From Desulfuromonadales bacterium (GTDB lineage: Bacteria > Desulfobacterota > Desulfuromonadia > Desulfuromonadales > SZUA-540): a stretch of 64,000 nucleotides of DNA. Location: NCBI GenBank assembly GCA_033549025.1, contig JAWSUS010000001.1:235685-299684 (forward strand), written 5' to 3'. Position 1 is the stretch's first letter; each line of letters begins with the position of its first letter. Shown here one piece after another: positions 39,518-49,146 of the stretch. A model generated the notes under the pieces. It was not told the DNA's origin and did no database searches. It worked only from the letters and a program-made list of their open reading frames with translations. A program made the translations under genes and the position numbers.

Positions 39518-40512
39518 AACGCCCCTCCCCGGCCCAGAGTCGACACCTGCAGACCGCAATCGAGATAGTCCCGGTATTCGAGGATGGGGGTTTCGGCCAG
39601 AATCTGGCGTGCCCGGCAGATGTCGGCGTGGATCGCCTTGACCAGCAATTCCACGGAGGGAAACTGCACCTCGTCGCGCAGGTGCTCGACAAAGTAGATA
39701 CGTACCGTATCCCCGTAGAGTTCGCCGGAAAAGCCGAGGATATGCACCTCGATCGTCGTCTTCGAGCCGCCGAAGGTCGGATTGGTGCCGATATTGGCGA
39801 CACCGTCCCACAGGGTATCCTGCCAGCGGACCTTGACGGCATAGACCCCCGGTCGCGGCAGCAGTTCCTTGTCCGTGCTCAGATTGGCCGTGGGGATGCC
39901 AATGGTGCGGCCGCGGGACTGGCCATGCACAACCTGGCCTTCGAGCGTAAAATGACGCCCCAGATAACGGACCACTTCCGCCACCTCCCCGGCGCCGATC
40001 AATTGGCGAATGCGGGTGGAACTGTAAACCAGCCCCTCTTTAGTGACCGGCCCGACCACCTCCACAGTAAATCCCCACTTGCGGCCCATCTCCTGCAAAA
40101 AATCGACGTTCCCCTCGCGGTTTTTCCCGAAAGCGTAGTCGTAGCCCACCACCAGATGCTTGACCCCGATGGTGCGCACCAGGATCTCCTCGACGAATTC
40201 CACGGCGGAGAGGCTGGCTGTCTGAATGGTGAAGGGGGCACTGATCAGCACGTCGATGCAGGACGCTTCAATGAGTCGCTCTTTTTCCTCGTAGGTGTTG
40301 ATGAGGCGCAGAGCCCGGTCGGGGGCCAGGACTTTCAGCGGATGGGGTACAAACGTGTAGACGACGGAAGTACCCTGAATCTCTTTCGCCTTGGACACCA
40401 CGCGACGGAAGATCTCGCGGTGGCCCAGGTGGATGCCGTCGAAGTTGCCCAGCGTCACCACCGCGCCCTCGAAGGGGGTCGTGATATTTTTCAGATCTTT
40501 TATGATTATCAT
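39514..40512 (-). CDS. ribF: Bifunctional riboflavin kinase / FAD synthetase
   Basis: GNFDGIHLGH, SSTRIR, GRTIGIPTAN, GVYAV, NIG..PT, EVH. Confidence 0.96.
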   Translation of the reverse strand: MIIIKDLKNITTPFEGAVVTLGNFDGIHLGHREIFRRVVSKAKEIQGTSVVYTFVPHPLKVLAPDRALRLINTYEEKERLIEASCIDVLISAPFTIQTASLSAVEFVEEILVRTIGVKHLVVGYDYAFGKNREGNVDFLQEMGRKWGFTVEVVGPVTKEGLVYSSTRIRQLIGAGEVAEVVRYLGRHFTLEGQVVHGQSRGRTIGIPTANLSTDKELLPRPGVYAVKVRWQDTLWDGVANIGTNPTFGGSKTTIEVHILGFSGELYGDTVRIYFVEHLRDEVQFPSVELLVKAIHADICRARQILAETPILEYRDYLDCGLQVSTLGRGGAL

Positions 40513-42707
40513 CGTTTTTTCGATTTTCCCTGAGCACGCCGACCCTTGGTCGGCTCCTGCGCTGCCGTCTGTTTGGCGGCCAGATCAACCAGCGTAAAAT
40601 CGATTTCGCGCCTTTCCACACTGACATTTTGCACCAGGACCTCGACCTCATTCCCCACCTGGAAAATCCGCCGTCGATACTGGCCGACCAGGCGATGCCG
40701 GTCCTCTTCGTAGGTGTAAAAATCGTCGCTGAGGGAAGTCAGATGCACCAACCCCTCGACAAAAAATTCTTTCAACTCGACAAAGAGGCCAAAGGGCTGC
40801 ACCCCGGTGATGTAGCCGGCAAACACTTCCCCGACCCGCTCGGCCATGAACTGGCACTTTTTCAGTTCGACAATCTCTCGTTCGGCCTCCATCGCCCGCC
40901 GCTCGGTCCGCGAGGTATGCTCCCCCATTTCGGGAAGCCTGTCGGCGAGTCGTTTTCGCTCCTGCTCCGCCACACCACCGGCCCGCCAGGACTGACGCAG
41001 CACCCGGTGGACCTGCAGATCCGGATAGCGCCGGATTGGTGACGTAAAATGGCAGTAATGCTCCGCCGCCAGACCGAAGTGCCCGACGTTGTCCGGCGCG
41101 TAGAAGGCCTGCTTCATGCTGCGCAAAAGGACCTGGTTGATCGTCCGTTCCTCGGGCTTGCCCTCCACCTGCGCCAGTAACTCCTGCAGAGCCCGGGGAT
41201 CGACGCCCTCCGCCTCCAGATTGAGCCCATAGTTGAAAAAGGCGATGAACTGCTGAAACGCTTGCAGCTTGGCGAGATCGGGCGGCTCGTGTACCCGGTA
41301 GAGCAAGGGGATGTCCCGCTGGCCCAGAAAAAAGGCGACGGCTTCATTGGCGGCGAGCATGAATTCTTCAATCAGCCGGTGCGCCTTGGTGCGCTCGGCC
41401 TTGATGATGTTTTCGGGCTCCCCCCGTACCCCGAGGATGATTTCCGCCTCGGGCAGATCAAAATCGAGGCTTCCCCGCTGCCGACGCATGGCGGTCAGAC
41501 CTTCCGACAGGGCCAGCATCTCGGAGAGCATGGGGTAGAGATCCGCATAGCGGTCGATGGTTTCCGCCAGCTGCTTCTCCACCATCTCGTGGACTTCGGT
41601 ATAGGTCAGCCGCGCCCGACTGCGGATGACCGCCGGATAGAAACGGCTGCTTTGGCGGTGGGCCTTGGCGTCAAAGACCATCTCGGCCACCAGAGTCAGG
41701 CGGTCCACCTGGGGATTGAGGGAGCAGATGCCGTTACTCAGCCGCTCGGGGAGCATGGGGACAACCTGCCCGGGGAAATAGACGCTGGTGCCGCGCAGAT
41801 AGGCTTCCTGGTCGAGAAGGGACCCTTCCTTGACATAGTGGCCAACATCGGCAATAGCCACCCACAGACGGGCGGTGCCGCCCTCCTCACGCCGAAGGCA
41901 GACGGCATCGTCGAAATCCTTGGCCGTTTCGCCGTCGATGGTCACGAAAGGCAGGTCGCGAAGATCTTCGCGCTGTTCCAGGTCACCCGCCTGCACAGCT
42001 TCCGGCAAAAGATCGGCCTCGGCCAGCACGTCGTCGGGAAACTCGTGGGGCAGTCCATGCTTGTGCACGATGGAAAGGATTTCGACGGCGGGATCGGAGG
42101 GGTCGCCAAGCACCTGCACGATGTGCCCTTCAGCGTTGCGAAATTCGTTCGGATAGGCATCGATGGCGACCAGGACAACCTGCCCTCCCCGTGCGCCAAG
42201 CTCCTGGCCAGCCGGCACGAAAATAGGCTGATTCAGTCGGGGGTCGGCGGGATGAACCGAGCCGAATTTGCGCCCCTGCTCGTAAAGGCCGACCAGGGTG
42301 GTGTGGGCTCGCTTCTCCACCCGGACAAGGCGTCCCTCCGGTTTTCCGGACCGCCCCCCTCTTTCCACCCGCACCACGACTTCGTCGCCGTGCATGACTT
42401 CACGCAGAAAACGCGCCGGAACAAAGACATCAGGACGCTGCTGCCCTTCCCGCGGCGAGACAAAGCCATAGCCGTCACGATGGACGGAAATCGTGCCGGT
42501 TACCAGATTCTGTTTGCGGGGAAGACTATAGCGGTCCCCCTTGAGATGGTCCACCAGACCCTCGGTGGCCAAAGACTCAAGAAGGCGATAGAACTTTTTT
42601 CGTTGAGAAGGGGAAATGCGCAGACCCTCGGCGATTTCCCGGGCAGAGAGGGGACGCCCGGGCCTGCTTTCAATGAATTTGACAATATCGCTGGGCGTAA
42701 CTGGCAT
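40509..42707 (-). CDS. rnr: Ribonuclease R
   Basis: HTH, cold-shock domains (HRDGYGFV), RNB TIDGETAKDFDDA, HFTSPIRRYPD, S1 domain, basic tail. Confidence 0.96.
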   Translation of the reverse strand: MPVTPSDIVKFIESRPGRPLSAREIAEGLRISPSQRKKFYRLLESLATEGLVDHLKGDRYSLPRKQNLVTGTISVHRDGYGFVSPREGQQRPDVFVPARFLREVMHGDEVVVRVERGGRSGKPEGRLVRVEKRAHTTLVGLYEQGRKFGSVHPADPRLNQPIFVPAGQELGARGGQVVLVAIDAYPNEFRNAEGHIVQVLGDPSDPAVEILSIVHKHGLPHEFPDDVLAEADLLPEAVQAGDLEQREDLRDLPFVTIDGETAKDFDDAVCLRREEGGTARLWVAIADVGHYVKEGSLLDQEAYLRGTSVYFPGQVVPMLPERLSNGICSLNPQVDRLTLVAEMVFDAKAHRQSSRFYPAVIRSRARLTYTEVHEMVEKQLAETIDRYADLYPMLSEMLALSEGLTAMRRQRGSLDFDLPEAEIILGVRGEPENIIKAERTKAHRLIEEFMLAANEAVAFFLGQRDIPLLYRVHEPPDLAKLQAFQQFIAFFNYGLNLEAEGVDPRALQELLAQVEGKPEERTINQVLLRSMKQAFYAPDNVGHFGLAAEHYCHFTSPIRRYPDLQVHRVLRQSWRAGGVAEQERKRLADRLPEMGEHTSRTERRAMEAEREIVELKKCQFMAERVGEVFAGYITGVQPFGLFVELKEFFVEGLVHLTSLSDDFYTYEEDRHRLVGQYRRRIFQVGNEVEVLVQNVSVERREIDFTLVDLAAKQTAAQEPTKGRRAQGKSKKR

Positions 42708-42776
42708 CGGTTAGTGGTCGATATCCTTCAGGGATTGCCTCCCGGCCAGACTTGGAGAGCCGGCTGGCAAGGCTAT

Positions 42777-44126
42777 TTAGTCCTCGACTTTCTCACTGGG
42801 GACGATCTTGTTGATCACAAGGCCAGTCAAAAGTTTCGGATAAAAGTAAGTCGATTTCTGCGGCATTTTTTCACCGGCGTTGGCCACGTCACGCACCTCG
42901 CTCATGCGGGTGGGGTTGAGCAAGAAGGCCAGCTGCACCTCGCCGGACAGGACGCGGGAGAAAGGCTCATCCATGTTTTTAACGTACTTGAGATTGGTCT
43001 GCTGTTCCTGGGCTTCCGGGGTGATCTTGAGGACATCCTCCAACACCAGGCGGTGGAGGATGGAGACGTCCAGCGTGCGCAGCGCCTTGGGGGCTTTCTC
43101 GTCGAAGAAGCGGTCCATGACCGCCTCATCTTTCAGCGTGAGGAAATAGACGGTATTCTCGCCGCCGTAAAGACCAAAAGCATGGCCGTTCTCCCCCTTC
43201 TCCAGCAGGGTGCGCTGCACCTTTTTGCGCGCCTCGGCATCCTCGGGATCAAGACTCATCGATTCGACCTCAAAGTAGGGCCGCAGAGCCGTGATGAAGG
43301 TTGGCATGCGAAAACCGGGCAGATTGAACAGGAGCCGGTGGGTCGGAAAGATCAGCATGCCCTGGTCTTCCATGTTGGCGAAATACATCAGCACATAGTT
43401 GAAGGGCTCTTTACCGGTAAAATCAGGATGTTTCTCCCGCATGTAGTTGCGATAGTTGATCGCCGTTTCATAACGGTGATGACCATCGGCGATGAACAGG
43501 GGCTTGCTGTCCAGAAGCTCCTGAGCCTTGTCGATGACCGCGGCGTCGGTGACCTGCCAAAGGCGATGGATCACCCCATCGTCATCAGCCACTTCCACAT
43601 CGGGGGTGCGCTCTTTCTGGGAGCGACTGAGAGATTCGAGCACACAGCAGGGATCGGAATAGAGGGAGAAGATTGGGCTGAAGTTGGCGCCGCAGGCCTT
43701 GGTGAGATTCAGCCGGTCCGTTTTCGGACCCGCCAGGGTCTTTTCGTGAGGCTTGACTACACCGGTGGAAAAATCCTCGATGCGGGTCAGGGCCATAATC
43801 CCCTTACGAACGACAGTCCCCAGCCCCTCGACCTCGTATTGCTGGTCATAGAGGTAAATGGACGGCTCGGCATCACGCTGCAGAACCTTATCCTGCTGCC
43901 ACTGTTCAAAATCGGCGGCAGCGCGGGTGTAACAGTTGTTCTTCTCGTCGTCCCCCGCCGTCTTCTTGCCGAGGATAAGCCGCACCACGTTGGCCGGATG
44001 CCGATCATAGAGGTCGTCCTGCAAGGCAGGCGAAATAACATCGTAGGGGGGCGCCATTACCGCACCGGGCTTTTTAATCTGCTCCAGGTTATAGCGAAGC
44101 CCGCGAAAAGGAACAATCTTGGCCAT
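42777..44126 (-). CDS. DUF1015 family protein
   Basis: PF.GLRY, APPYDVI, PHEKT, IADGHHRYETA, MPQKSTYFYPKL. Confidence 0.9.
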   Translation of the reverse strand: MAKIVPFRGLRYNLEQIKKPGAVMAPPYDVISPALQDDLYDRHPANVVRLILGKKTAGDDEKNNCYTRAAADFEQWQQDKVLQRDAEPSIYLYDQQYEVEGLGTVVRKGIMALTRIEDFSTGVVKPHEKTLAGPKTDRLNLTKACGANFSPIFSLYSDPCCVLESLSRSQKERTPDVEVADDDGVIHRLWQVTDAAVIDKAQELLDSKPLFIADGHHRYETAINYRNYMREKHPDFTGKEPFNYVLMYFANMEDQGMLIFPTHRLLFNLPGFRMPTFITALRPYFEVESMSLDPEDAEARKKVQRTLLEKGENGHAFGLYGGENTVYFLTLKDEAVMDRFFDEKAPKALRTLDVSILHRLVLEDVLKITPEAQEQQTNLKYVKNMDEPFSRVLSGEVQLAFLLNPTRMSEVRDVANAGEKMPQKSTYFYPKLLTGLVINKIVPSEKVED

Positions 44127-44164
44127 AGTGCAAACTCCCTTAAATGACTGAAAATGAAGTTTAC

Positions 44165-44193
44165 ACTATAGGAAAAGGGCGTTGACGTTGCAA
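44165..44193 (-). promoter_or_regulatory. Putative sigma70 promoter of the DUF1015-rnr-ribF-aroE unit
   Basis: Minus strand TTGCAA-N17-TATAGT, ~40 bp upstream of the ATG. Confidence 0.55.
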
Positions 44194-44221
44194 GGGAAAA
44201 GCTGTTTTTACACATGGCGAA

Positions 44222-44749
44222 TCACGGGCTGCCAATTCTTACCCGGCCAGTCGCGTTGACAATTATCCGCAGGCTATGCCCTCGGTCATTACTTACAACC
44301 ACAGAACCGGCGCCGAAACCGCCGCTAGGTGAAACAGATAATCCCCTGGGCGTGTAACTGAGGGTTGGCTGTCCCATGGAATTCTGACCGAAGTTCGCTT
44401 CGGCAAAAGATACCCCTCTGGCCGTGGGGCACGACATTGAACGCAGGACTTCTTCATCTGGATCCCAGACGCTGTTACGGTTCAAATCGACATATACATG
44501 ACAGTCAGCCTCTTTCCCGTCCACCACACCCCCAAAGCTTAGGGTACAGCGCAAACCGCGCCTTACCGCTTCAAGTCTGGCCAATTGAAAAGCACCGTAG
44601 ATTTCCCGCCCTGTTCCCCGCAACTGGTAGGCCGTCAACTGGTCTTTGATCGCCGGGACACTGACCGCGCCAACCACGGACATTATCGCCACCACCATCA
44701 ACAATTCCAAAAGGGTCAACCCCGCTTCAAACAATCCACTGTCCTTCAT
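44222..44749 (-). CDS. FimT/FimU (GspH-like) minor pilin, second copy
   Basis: AG|LTLLELLMVVAI, Q.AR.EAVRR, C-terminal ..N.TGRVRI; ATG 44749. Confidence 0.85.
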   Translation of the reverse strand: MKDSGLFEAGLTLLELLMVVAIMSVVGAVSVPAIKDQLTAYQLRGTGREIYGAFQLARLEAVRRGLRCTLSFGGVVDGKEADCHVYVDLNRNSVWDPDEEVLRSMSCPTARGVSFAEANFGQNSMGQPTLSYTPRGLSVSPSGGFGAGSVVVSNDRGHSLRIIVNATGRVRIGSP

Positions 44750-44770
44750 AACCCCCCACAATCAGCACAC

Positions 44771-44786
44771 GGCAAACAGCTTGCCT
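44771..44786 (-). promoter_or_regulatory. Possible sigma54 promoter of the distal fimT-like gene
   Basis: Minus strand AGGCAAGCTGTTTGCC (GG-N10-GC), 22 bp upstream of the ATG and downstream of a terminator. Confidence 0.45.
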
Positions 44787-44872
44787 CGACAGAAATGAGG
44801 GTCAACTAACCAATTTTATAAAAAGTTGTCAATAGTTTTTTACTAATGATCAATCTCTAACAAAAGACAAAT

Positions 44873-44901
44873 AAAAAAAACCCACGGACATCGGCCGTGG
44901 G
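44873..44901 (-). terminator. Rho-independent terminator ending the fimU-pilW-pilV-pilX-pilY1-Ig operon
   Basis: Minus strand CCCACGG-ccgatgt-CCGTGGG followed by T8. Confidence 0.85.
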
Positions 44902-44926
44902 TCGGGAATCTGTTTATTTTCTGACT

Positions 44927-45925
44927 TTACGGCCTGGCCACATCCACATTAAAGGCCTGTACCGCCTTTTTACCCTCCGCATCCTCGGCCTGAATTTTAA
45001 CCGGGTACACACCAGCCTGATCTTCGCCGATATCCCAGGTGATTTTTCCTGAGCTTCCGTCAATAGTCATTCCGGGCGGCCCCTCGACCAGCGCGTAGGT
45101 CAGGCTGTCGCCATCCGGGTCATCCGCCTGAGCCAGGTAGCGGTAGGAACCGCCCGTGATTCTTTCGGGTGGGCGACTGCTGAACCGGGGGGCGGCATTT
45201 TCAACCTGGTACCTGCCCTGATAGACAAACCCTTCTTCTTCCCCATCAAAGGGAGTGACGATAAAACCAATTTCATCGCCGCGCTGCAGACCGCTTGCCA
45301 CATAGGTCGAATCTTTGCTGTTGGGGTCTTCAACACCGTCAACCAGCCAGGTGTACCGATATTCGATGGGATCATTGTCCACGTCGAAGGCTGTCGGGAT
45401 GAGTTCGATTTCTTCGCCGTCGGAAACCTGTCGGGTATTGACTTCGACCCCGGTAACCCTGGGGACAGAATTATGGATTAAAGTCGCGATACGAACCTGG
45501 CCGTTATCGGCGATGACCGTTACGGCAACTTCATCCCCTTTGGCGAACAGACCAGGCCCCAGAGTTCCCTCACCTGCCCCCGGCACGACCTCACCGTTAT
45601 GTTCCCAACGATAGTCGCGAATATTCCGGGCACCGCTAACATCAAGAGAGAGTACCTGGTCAGCCGTGGGCTTATGAGGATACAAGCGTACCCTGAAATT
45701 GCCATGGGGAGCCTCTTCGAGGTCGGGGCTTGCATCGCCCTCGGCTAGACGTTCTTCGCCAGAAGAGCTGTCCGCAACGGAGGGCTCGGTAGGTGCGACT
45801 GGCGCCACCGCCTCATCACGATCACACGCGACCAGACTCAAAAAAAAGACAATAAGAACTGGCAACTTGATAAAAACATTTATCATCTTTTTAGGCTCAC
45901 AAAACTGGCTGTTGACTCGACTCAT
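44927..45925 (-). CDS. Putative lipoprotein with three Ig-like (cadherin/He_PIG-type) domains
   Basis: Hydrophobic leader ending LVAC, repeats Y.W..NG/DG, D.D.D motifs, TYALVEGPPGMTID..SG.ITW; real start may be ATG 45886. Confidence 0.75.
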   Translation of the reverse strand: MSRVNSQFCEPKKMINVFIKLPVLIVFFLSLVACDRDEAVAPVAPTEPSVADSSSGEERLAEGDASPDLEEAPHGNFRVRLYPHKPTADQVLSLDVSGARNIRDYRWEHNGEVVPGAGEGTLGPGLFAKGDEVAVTVIADNGQVRIATLIHNSVPRVTGVEVNTRQVSDGEEIELIPTAFDVDNDPIEYRYTWLVDGVEDPNSKDSTYVASGLQRGDEIGFIVTPFDGEEEGFVYQGRYQVENAAPRFSSRPPERITGGSYRYLAQADDPDGDSLTYALVEGPPGMTIDGSSGKITWDIGEDQAGVYPVKIQAEDAEGKKAVQAFNVDVARP

Positions 45926-48900
45926 TCAAACAGCTCCCGCCACCAGCGTATAAAGAGATTTTTGGGTGGTGAGTCCGGAGTGATCCCCATGACACCAGCG
46001 CCTGTCTCATCGGTATCTGCAATAGGATTAGTACTTCCTACCGAGATCAACATATTTGTTTTATCACGAATAACAACAACAGGTCTGGAGGCAATTCCTC
46101 CACCCAAAAGTAGTGCGTCATCGGGTGAATCAAGCGCAGAGAAGCCTGTCTTGTAGCCCAGACCATACAGATAGGCATAGCCACCTGGCACGCAAGGTTC
46201 GGTATTGGGAGCAAAGGTCGTAATGAAAAAGACCTTATAGAAAACAACACCCTGGGCCAAAACCTTTTCGCCGGTCGCTAAAGGATAATACCAACCCTTG
46301 TCAACCGTTCCATTCCCGTCAACATCGGAAACAGCGCTATCGAAAATGGGGGTAAACAAACTGGCATTTACCAGATCCGCTTCGGTCAAATTGACAAACT
46401 GGTGATTATCTTTGATGGCAAAGATACGGTCACTGGAAACCAGGGAACAAGCCTCTTCACGGTTCCCCGAACCGGTAAAGACCACATCATACCCCCATTC
46501 GAGCGCCACATCAGGCGGATAGAAAAACTTACGATCCGTACCGAGCGTGTTGGCGTTGAAAAGAGCCTGAGCACTCCAGCTCGATACATTCTCATTGACT
46601 GTATAAAAGCCAAAGGGGTTACCATCACTATCGGTAAAACGCCCCAGTCGCCAGATATTCCCCCCCATATCCCCAACATAGGCCTTGTCAACAAAGCCGT
46701 TATCATTGGCATCGATCAGAGTCAGACTGCTGGGTATACTGGCGGTCATGCCGGTGGCAGTGCCGGCAGCCACAGAAAACTCCTTCAGCTTTTGACCGGT
46801 TAACACATCCACGATATATATAGCCCGTCCCTGGGTATTTATTTCGCTATAACCGCCACCGATGAAAAGTACATGTCTCGTTTCTTCGGGATCGCCATAT
46901 TTCACCTTGCCGAACTCAGGCTCAGACCAGCTTTCGCCTAATTCGCTAAATTCGGCAAGGCCAGGATTTATGGTCCAGAGCACTGTGGGGTAATCGGGGT
47001 CAGTAACATCCAAGGCCCAGTAACTGGTCCCGCCCCGGCGCTCGCCAAAAACAAGGATGACCTGGTCGGTACTCCTATCGATATACCCGTCGTTGTTGAC
47101 ATCGTGGAAGTAAATCTTGGGGCTGGCGTCGACATAGATTTGGTGCCCCACTCCCTCGACCATCCATTTCAACGACCCGAGAAGATCGGGGGGAACAAAA
47201 GCCCAGGCTTCGGTACCATCGGCATCATCGACCACATGAAGCATGCCGTCGTTGGCGCCATAAAAAACTCGAGTGATCGTATTCTCTGTATCGGGATTGC
47301 CTCCACTATCGAGATAGGTATAGCTAAAGACAGCGGGCTCACTATGCAGGGCGTCCCCGGTGATCAACGAACGATTGTTGAGCCTGTCAGCCAGATTATC
47401 CGCATAGGCATCCGCCCCGCGAATATAGTTGACCAGCTGGGAGGCCTTGTCTGTTTCACCAGAAAGATAACCCAAGTCCTCCGGGCTGATGTTAGTTGCC
47501 GTAAAAGCATTGCCTGACCACGTCAAATTCGTTCCGACATCCTCTTGGTAGGTGTAAATATTGCGGTCGGCATTGGGCATGTAATTGGGCTCGGTGGACG
47601 AGGCCCATTTAAGTGTGGACCAATAGGGGACGGCGGTCGGTTTCATAGCGCCGTTGGGCTCTGTCGCCGGGTTCCCGTTCATGTCGATAATTTCGTTATC
47701 CGGCCCCAAGGCAAACTTGGCGATATCCCCCTGCCAGAAATTGCTGTCGTCCAAGGGTTTGAAAAAGGAAAGATAGATGTAGTCTCCGCTGGAAGTACGG
47801 GTAACGGGGACAACTGGGGCGGTAAAGGTGGCGGTATTTTCCAGGATGGACTTGAGGGCGTCTTCCAGTCTGTCGGCCAGCTCACTGGGGTCTGCCGCTT
47901 GAAAATGGAACTTGCCGTAATCGGGATCATCGGTGTCGTACAGGTTGGTGTTGCCGTTACCATTGTTCGAGGTGTTAATCAAAAATGCCTGCGCGGCGGG
48001 ATTCTTCCCAAGGCCCACCGTGTAGGTCATAATATTCTGAAACCCTGCTTGGTAGTCGACAACATCATTAGCATAAAGTGATTGGGCTAGGTCGTCGAGA
48101 TGGGTGGTTCCATTCAAGTTAAGGGGTATTGAGTAGGCATTCGCACCTGCTCCTGTCAACGTTAAGGTTGACGTTTCTCGATCACCGTCATAATCGTTAT
48201 TTGACAGTTGAGAGTCAGCCCAAGTGGCTTCGGCGGCCAAATCTTCCGATGAGACCCCAGGCGTGACGACGATGACGAAGTTCTTCTGACAGTAGTACCC
48301 TACCACTCCGGAAGAAGGGGAGCCATAATAGGTGCCGATGGATTGTAAGCCTTCTGCAAGCGGAGAGTAGGTAACTGTCCCCATATTATTGATATTGTTA
48401 ACAAAGGCTGAATCCAATACATTGTTTTCAGGTAAAGCAGTTAATGGTGTTTGAACAACCAGGCCCAAAGGCTGTACGTTGCTCGCTCCGCTGGCATTGG
48501 AGGTAAAAGCATAGATACCAAAGCTGGCTTGGTTCGCCGTTTTCTTAGCAACCTGCATCAAGGCCTGCTTGGCTTGATAAAAGTTGCTCTTATTGGGTAA
48601 GGTCCCATCTGTTGCACTGTTATAAGGGCCGAAGAAAATCCAGTTCAGGTAGTTGGTGTCATAACGAAAGCGCGTCGCATTATCCTTGATGCCAGCCGCG
48701 TCGACCACCGCCGAAGGCACTGCCGGCAAAGTAGCGATCTTGCCGCCGATGCTCCACACTCCGTCTGCTGTGGCACTGGTCGTCGCCACGATCCCCCCTG
48801 TGGTATCACGCAGGAGAGACGAGTTTATTTTGTGGATATAGTGCTTATTGCCCGTAGTGTAAATGGTGTAGCCATAAGGATTGTAAAAACCATTCACGCC

Positions 48901-49119
48901 TTCCTCTGGCAAAATTTCGTTAGGCGTCCAGTCAACTGAAGGGTCATAGGCAGAATGGGTCAATATTTTTTCCATCTCGGCGCCGTTATCAAGCAGGAGC
49001 ACCACGTTGGGCGGCACATCATCGGCGGTGATGGCGAAGATACAGCTGTCGTCAGCCAGTGAGCCGACCGAGCCAAGCAGAAGCAGCAGACCGCTCAGAA
49101 GCAAAACCATTCTTTTCAT
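45922..49119 (-). CDS. pilY1: PilY1-like pilus tip adhesin (vWA-like N-terminus + PilC beta-propeller)
   Basis: Signal peptide, PPNVVLLLD, SPLAE.L, CQKNFVIVVT, GANDGMLH..D..DG.E.WAFVP, GERRGG, LGESWSEP, D.N.NG..DKAYVGDMGG. Confidence 0.92.
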   Translation of the reverse strand: MKRMVLLLSGLLLLLGSVGSLADDSCIFAITADDVPPNVVLLLDNGAEMEKILTHSAYDPSVDWTPNEILPEEGVNGFYNPYGYTIYTTGNKHYIHKINSSLLRDTTGGIVATTSATADGVWSIGGKIATLPAVPSAVVDAAGIKDNATRFRYDTNYLNWIFFGPYNSATDGTLPNKSNFYQAKQALMQVAKKTANQASFGIYAFTSNASGASNVQPLGLVVQTPLTALPENNVLDSAFVNNINNMGTVTYSPLAEGLQSIGTYYGSPSSGVVGYYCQKNFVIVVTPGVSSEDLAAEATWADSQLSNNDYDGDRETSTLTLTGAGANAYSIPLNLNGTTHLDDLAQSLYANDVVDYQAGFQNIMTYTVGLGKNPAAQAFLINTSNNGNGNTNLYDTDDPDYGKFHFQAADPSELADRLEDALKSILENTATFTAPVVPVTRTSSGDYIYLSFFKPLDDSNFWQGDIAKFALGPDNEIIDMNGNPATEPNGAMKPTAVPYWSTLKWASSTEPNYMPNADRNIYTYQEDVGTNLTWSGNAFTATNISPEDLGYLSGETDKASQLVNYIRGADAYADNLADRLNNRSLITGDALHSEPAVFSYTYLDSGGNPDTENTITRVFYGANDGMLHVVDDADGTEAWAFVPPDLLGSLKWMVEGVGHQIYVDASPKIYFHDVNNDGYIDRSTDQVILVFGERRGGTSYWALDVTDPDYPTVLWTINPGLAEFSELGESWSEPEFGKVKYGDPEETRHVLFIGGGYSEINTQGRAIYIVDVLTGQKLKEFSVAAGTATGMTASIPSSLTLIDANDNGFVDKAYVGDMGGNIWRLGRFTDSDGNPFGFYTVNENVSSWSAQALFNANTLGTDRKFFYPPDVALEWGYDVVFTGSGNREEACSLVSSDRIFAIKDNHQFVNLTEADLVNASLFTPIFDSAVSDVDGNGTVDKGWYYPLATGEKVLAQGVVFYKVFFITTFAPNTEPCVPGGYAYLYGLGYKTGFSALDSPDDALLLGGGIASRPVVVIRDKTNMLISVGSTNPIADTDETGAGVMGITPDSPPKNLFIRWWRELFE

Positions 49120-49146
49120 AAAAACTCCCCCTTTCACTTCTCAGCT

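Noticed and set aside
39518..39811. N-terminal extension of aroE in the ORF track (similar extensions on pilR, ABC ATPase, DUF3597, aguA)
   Set aside because: Extensions overlap upstream genes or terminators; downstream starts have RBSs or stop-start coupling
41262..44147. 961-aa plus-strand ORF
   Set aside because: Antisense shadow of rnr and DUF1015; no motifs; expected from GC-rich codon bias
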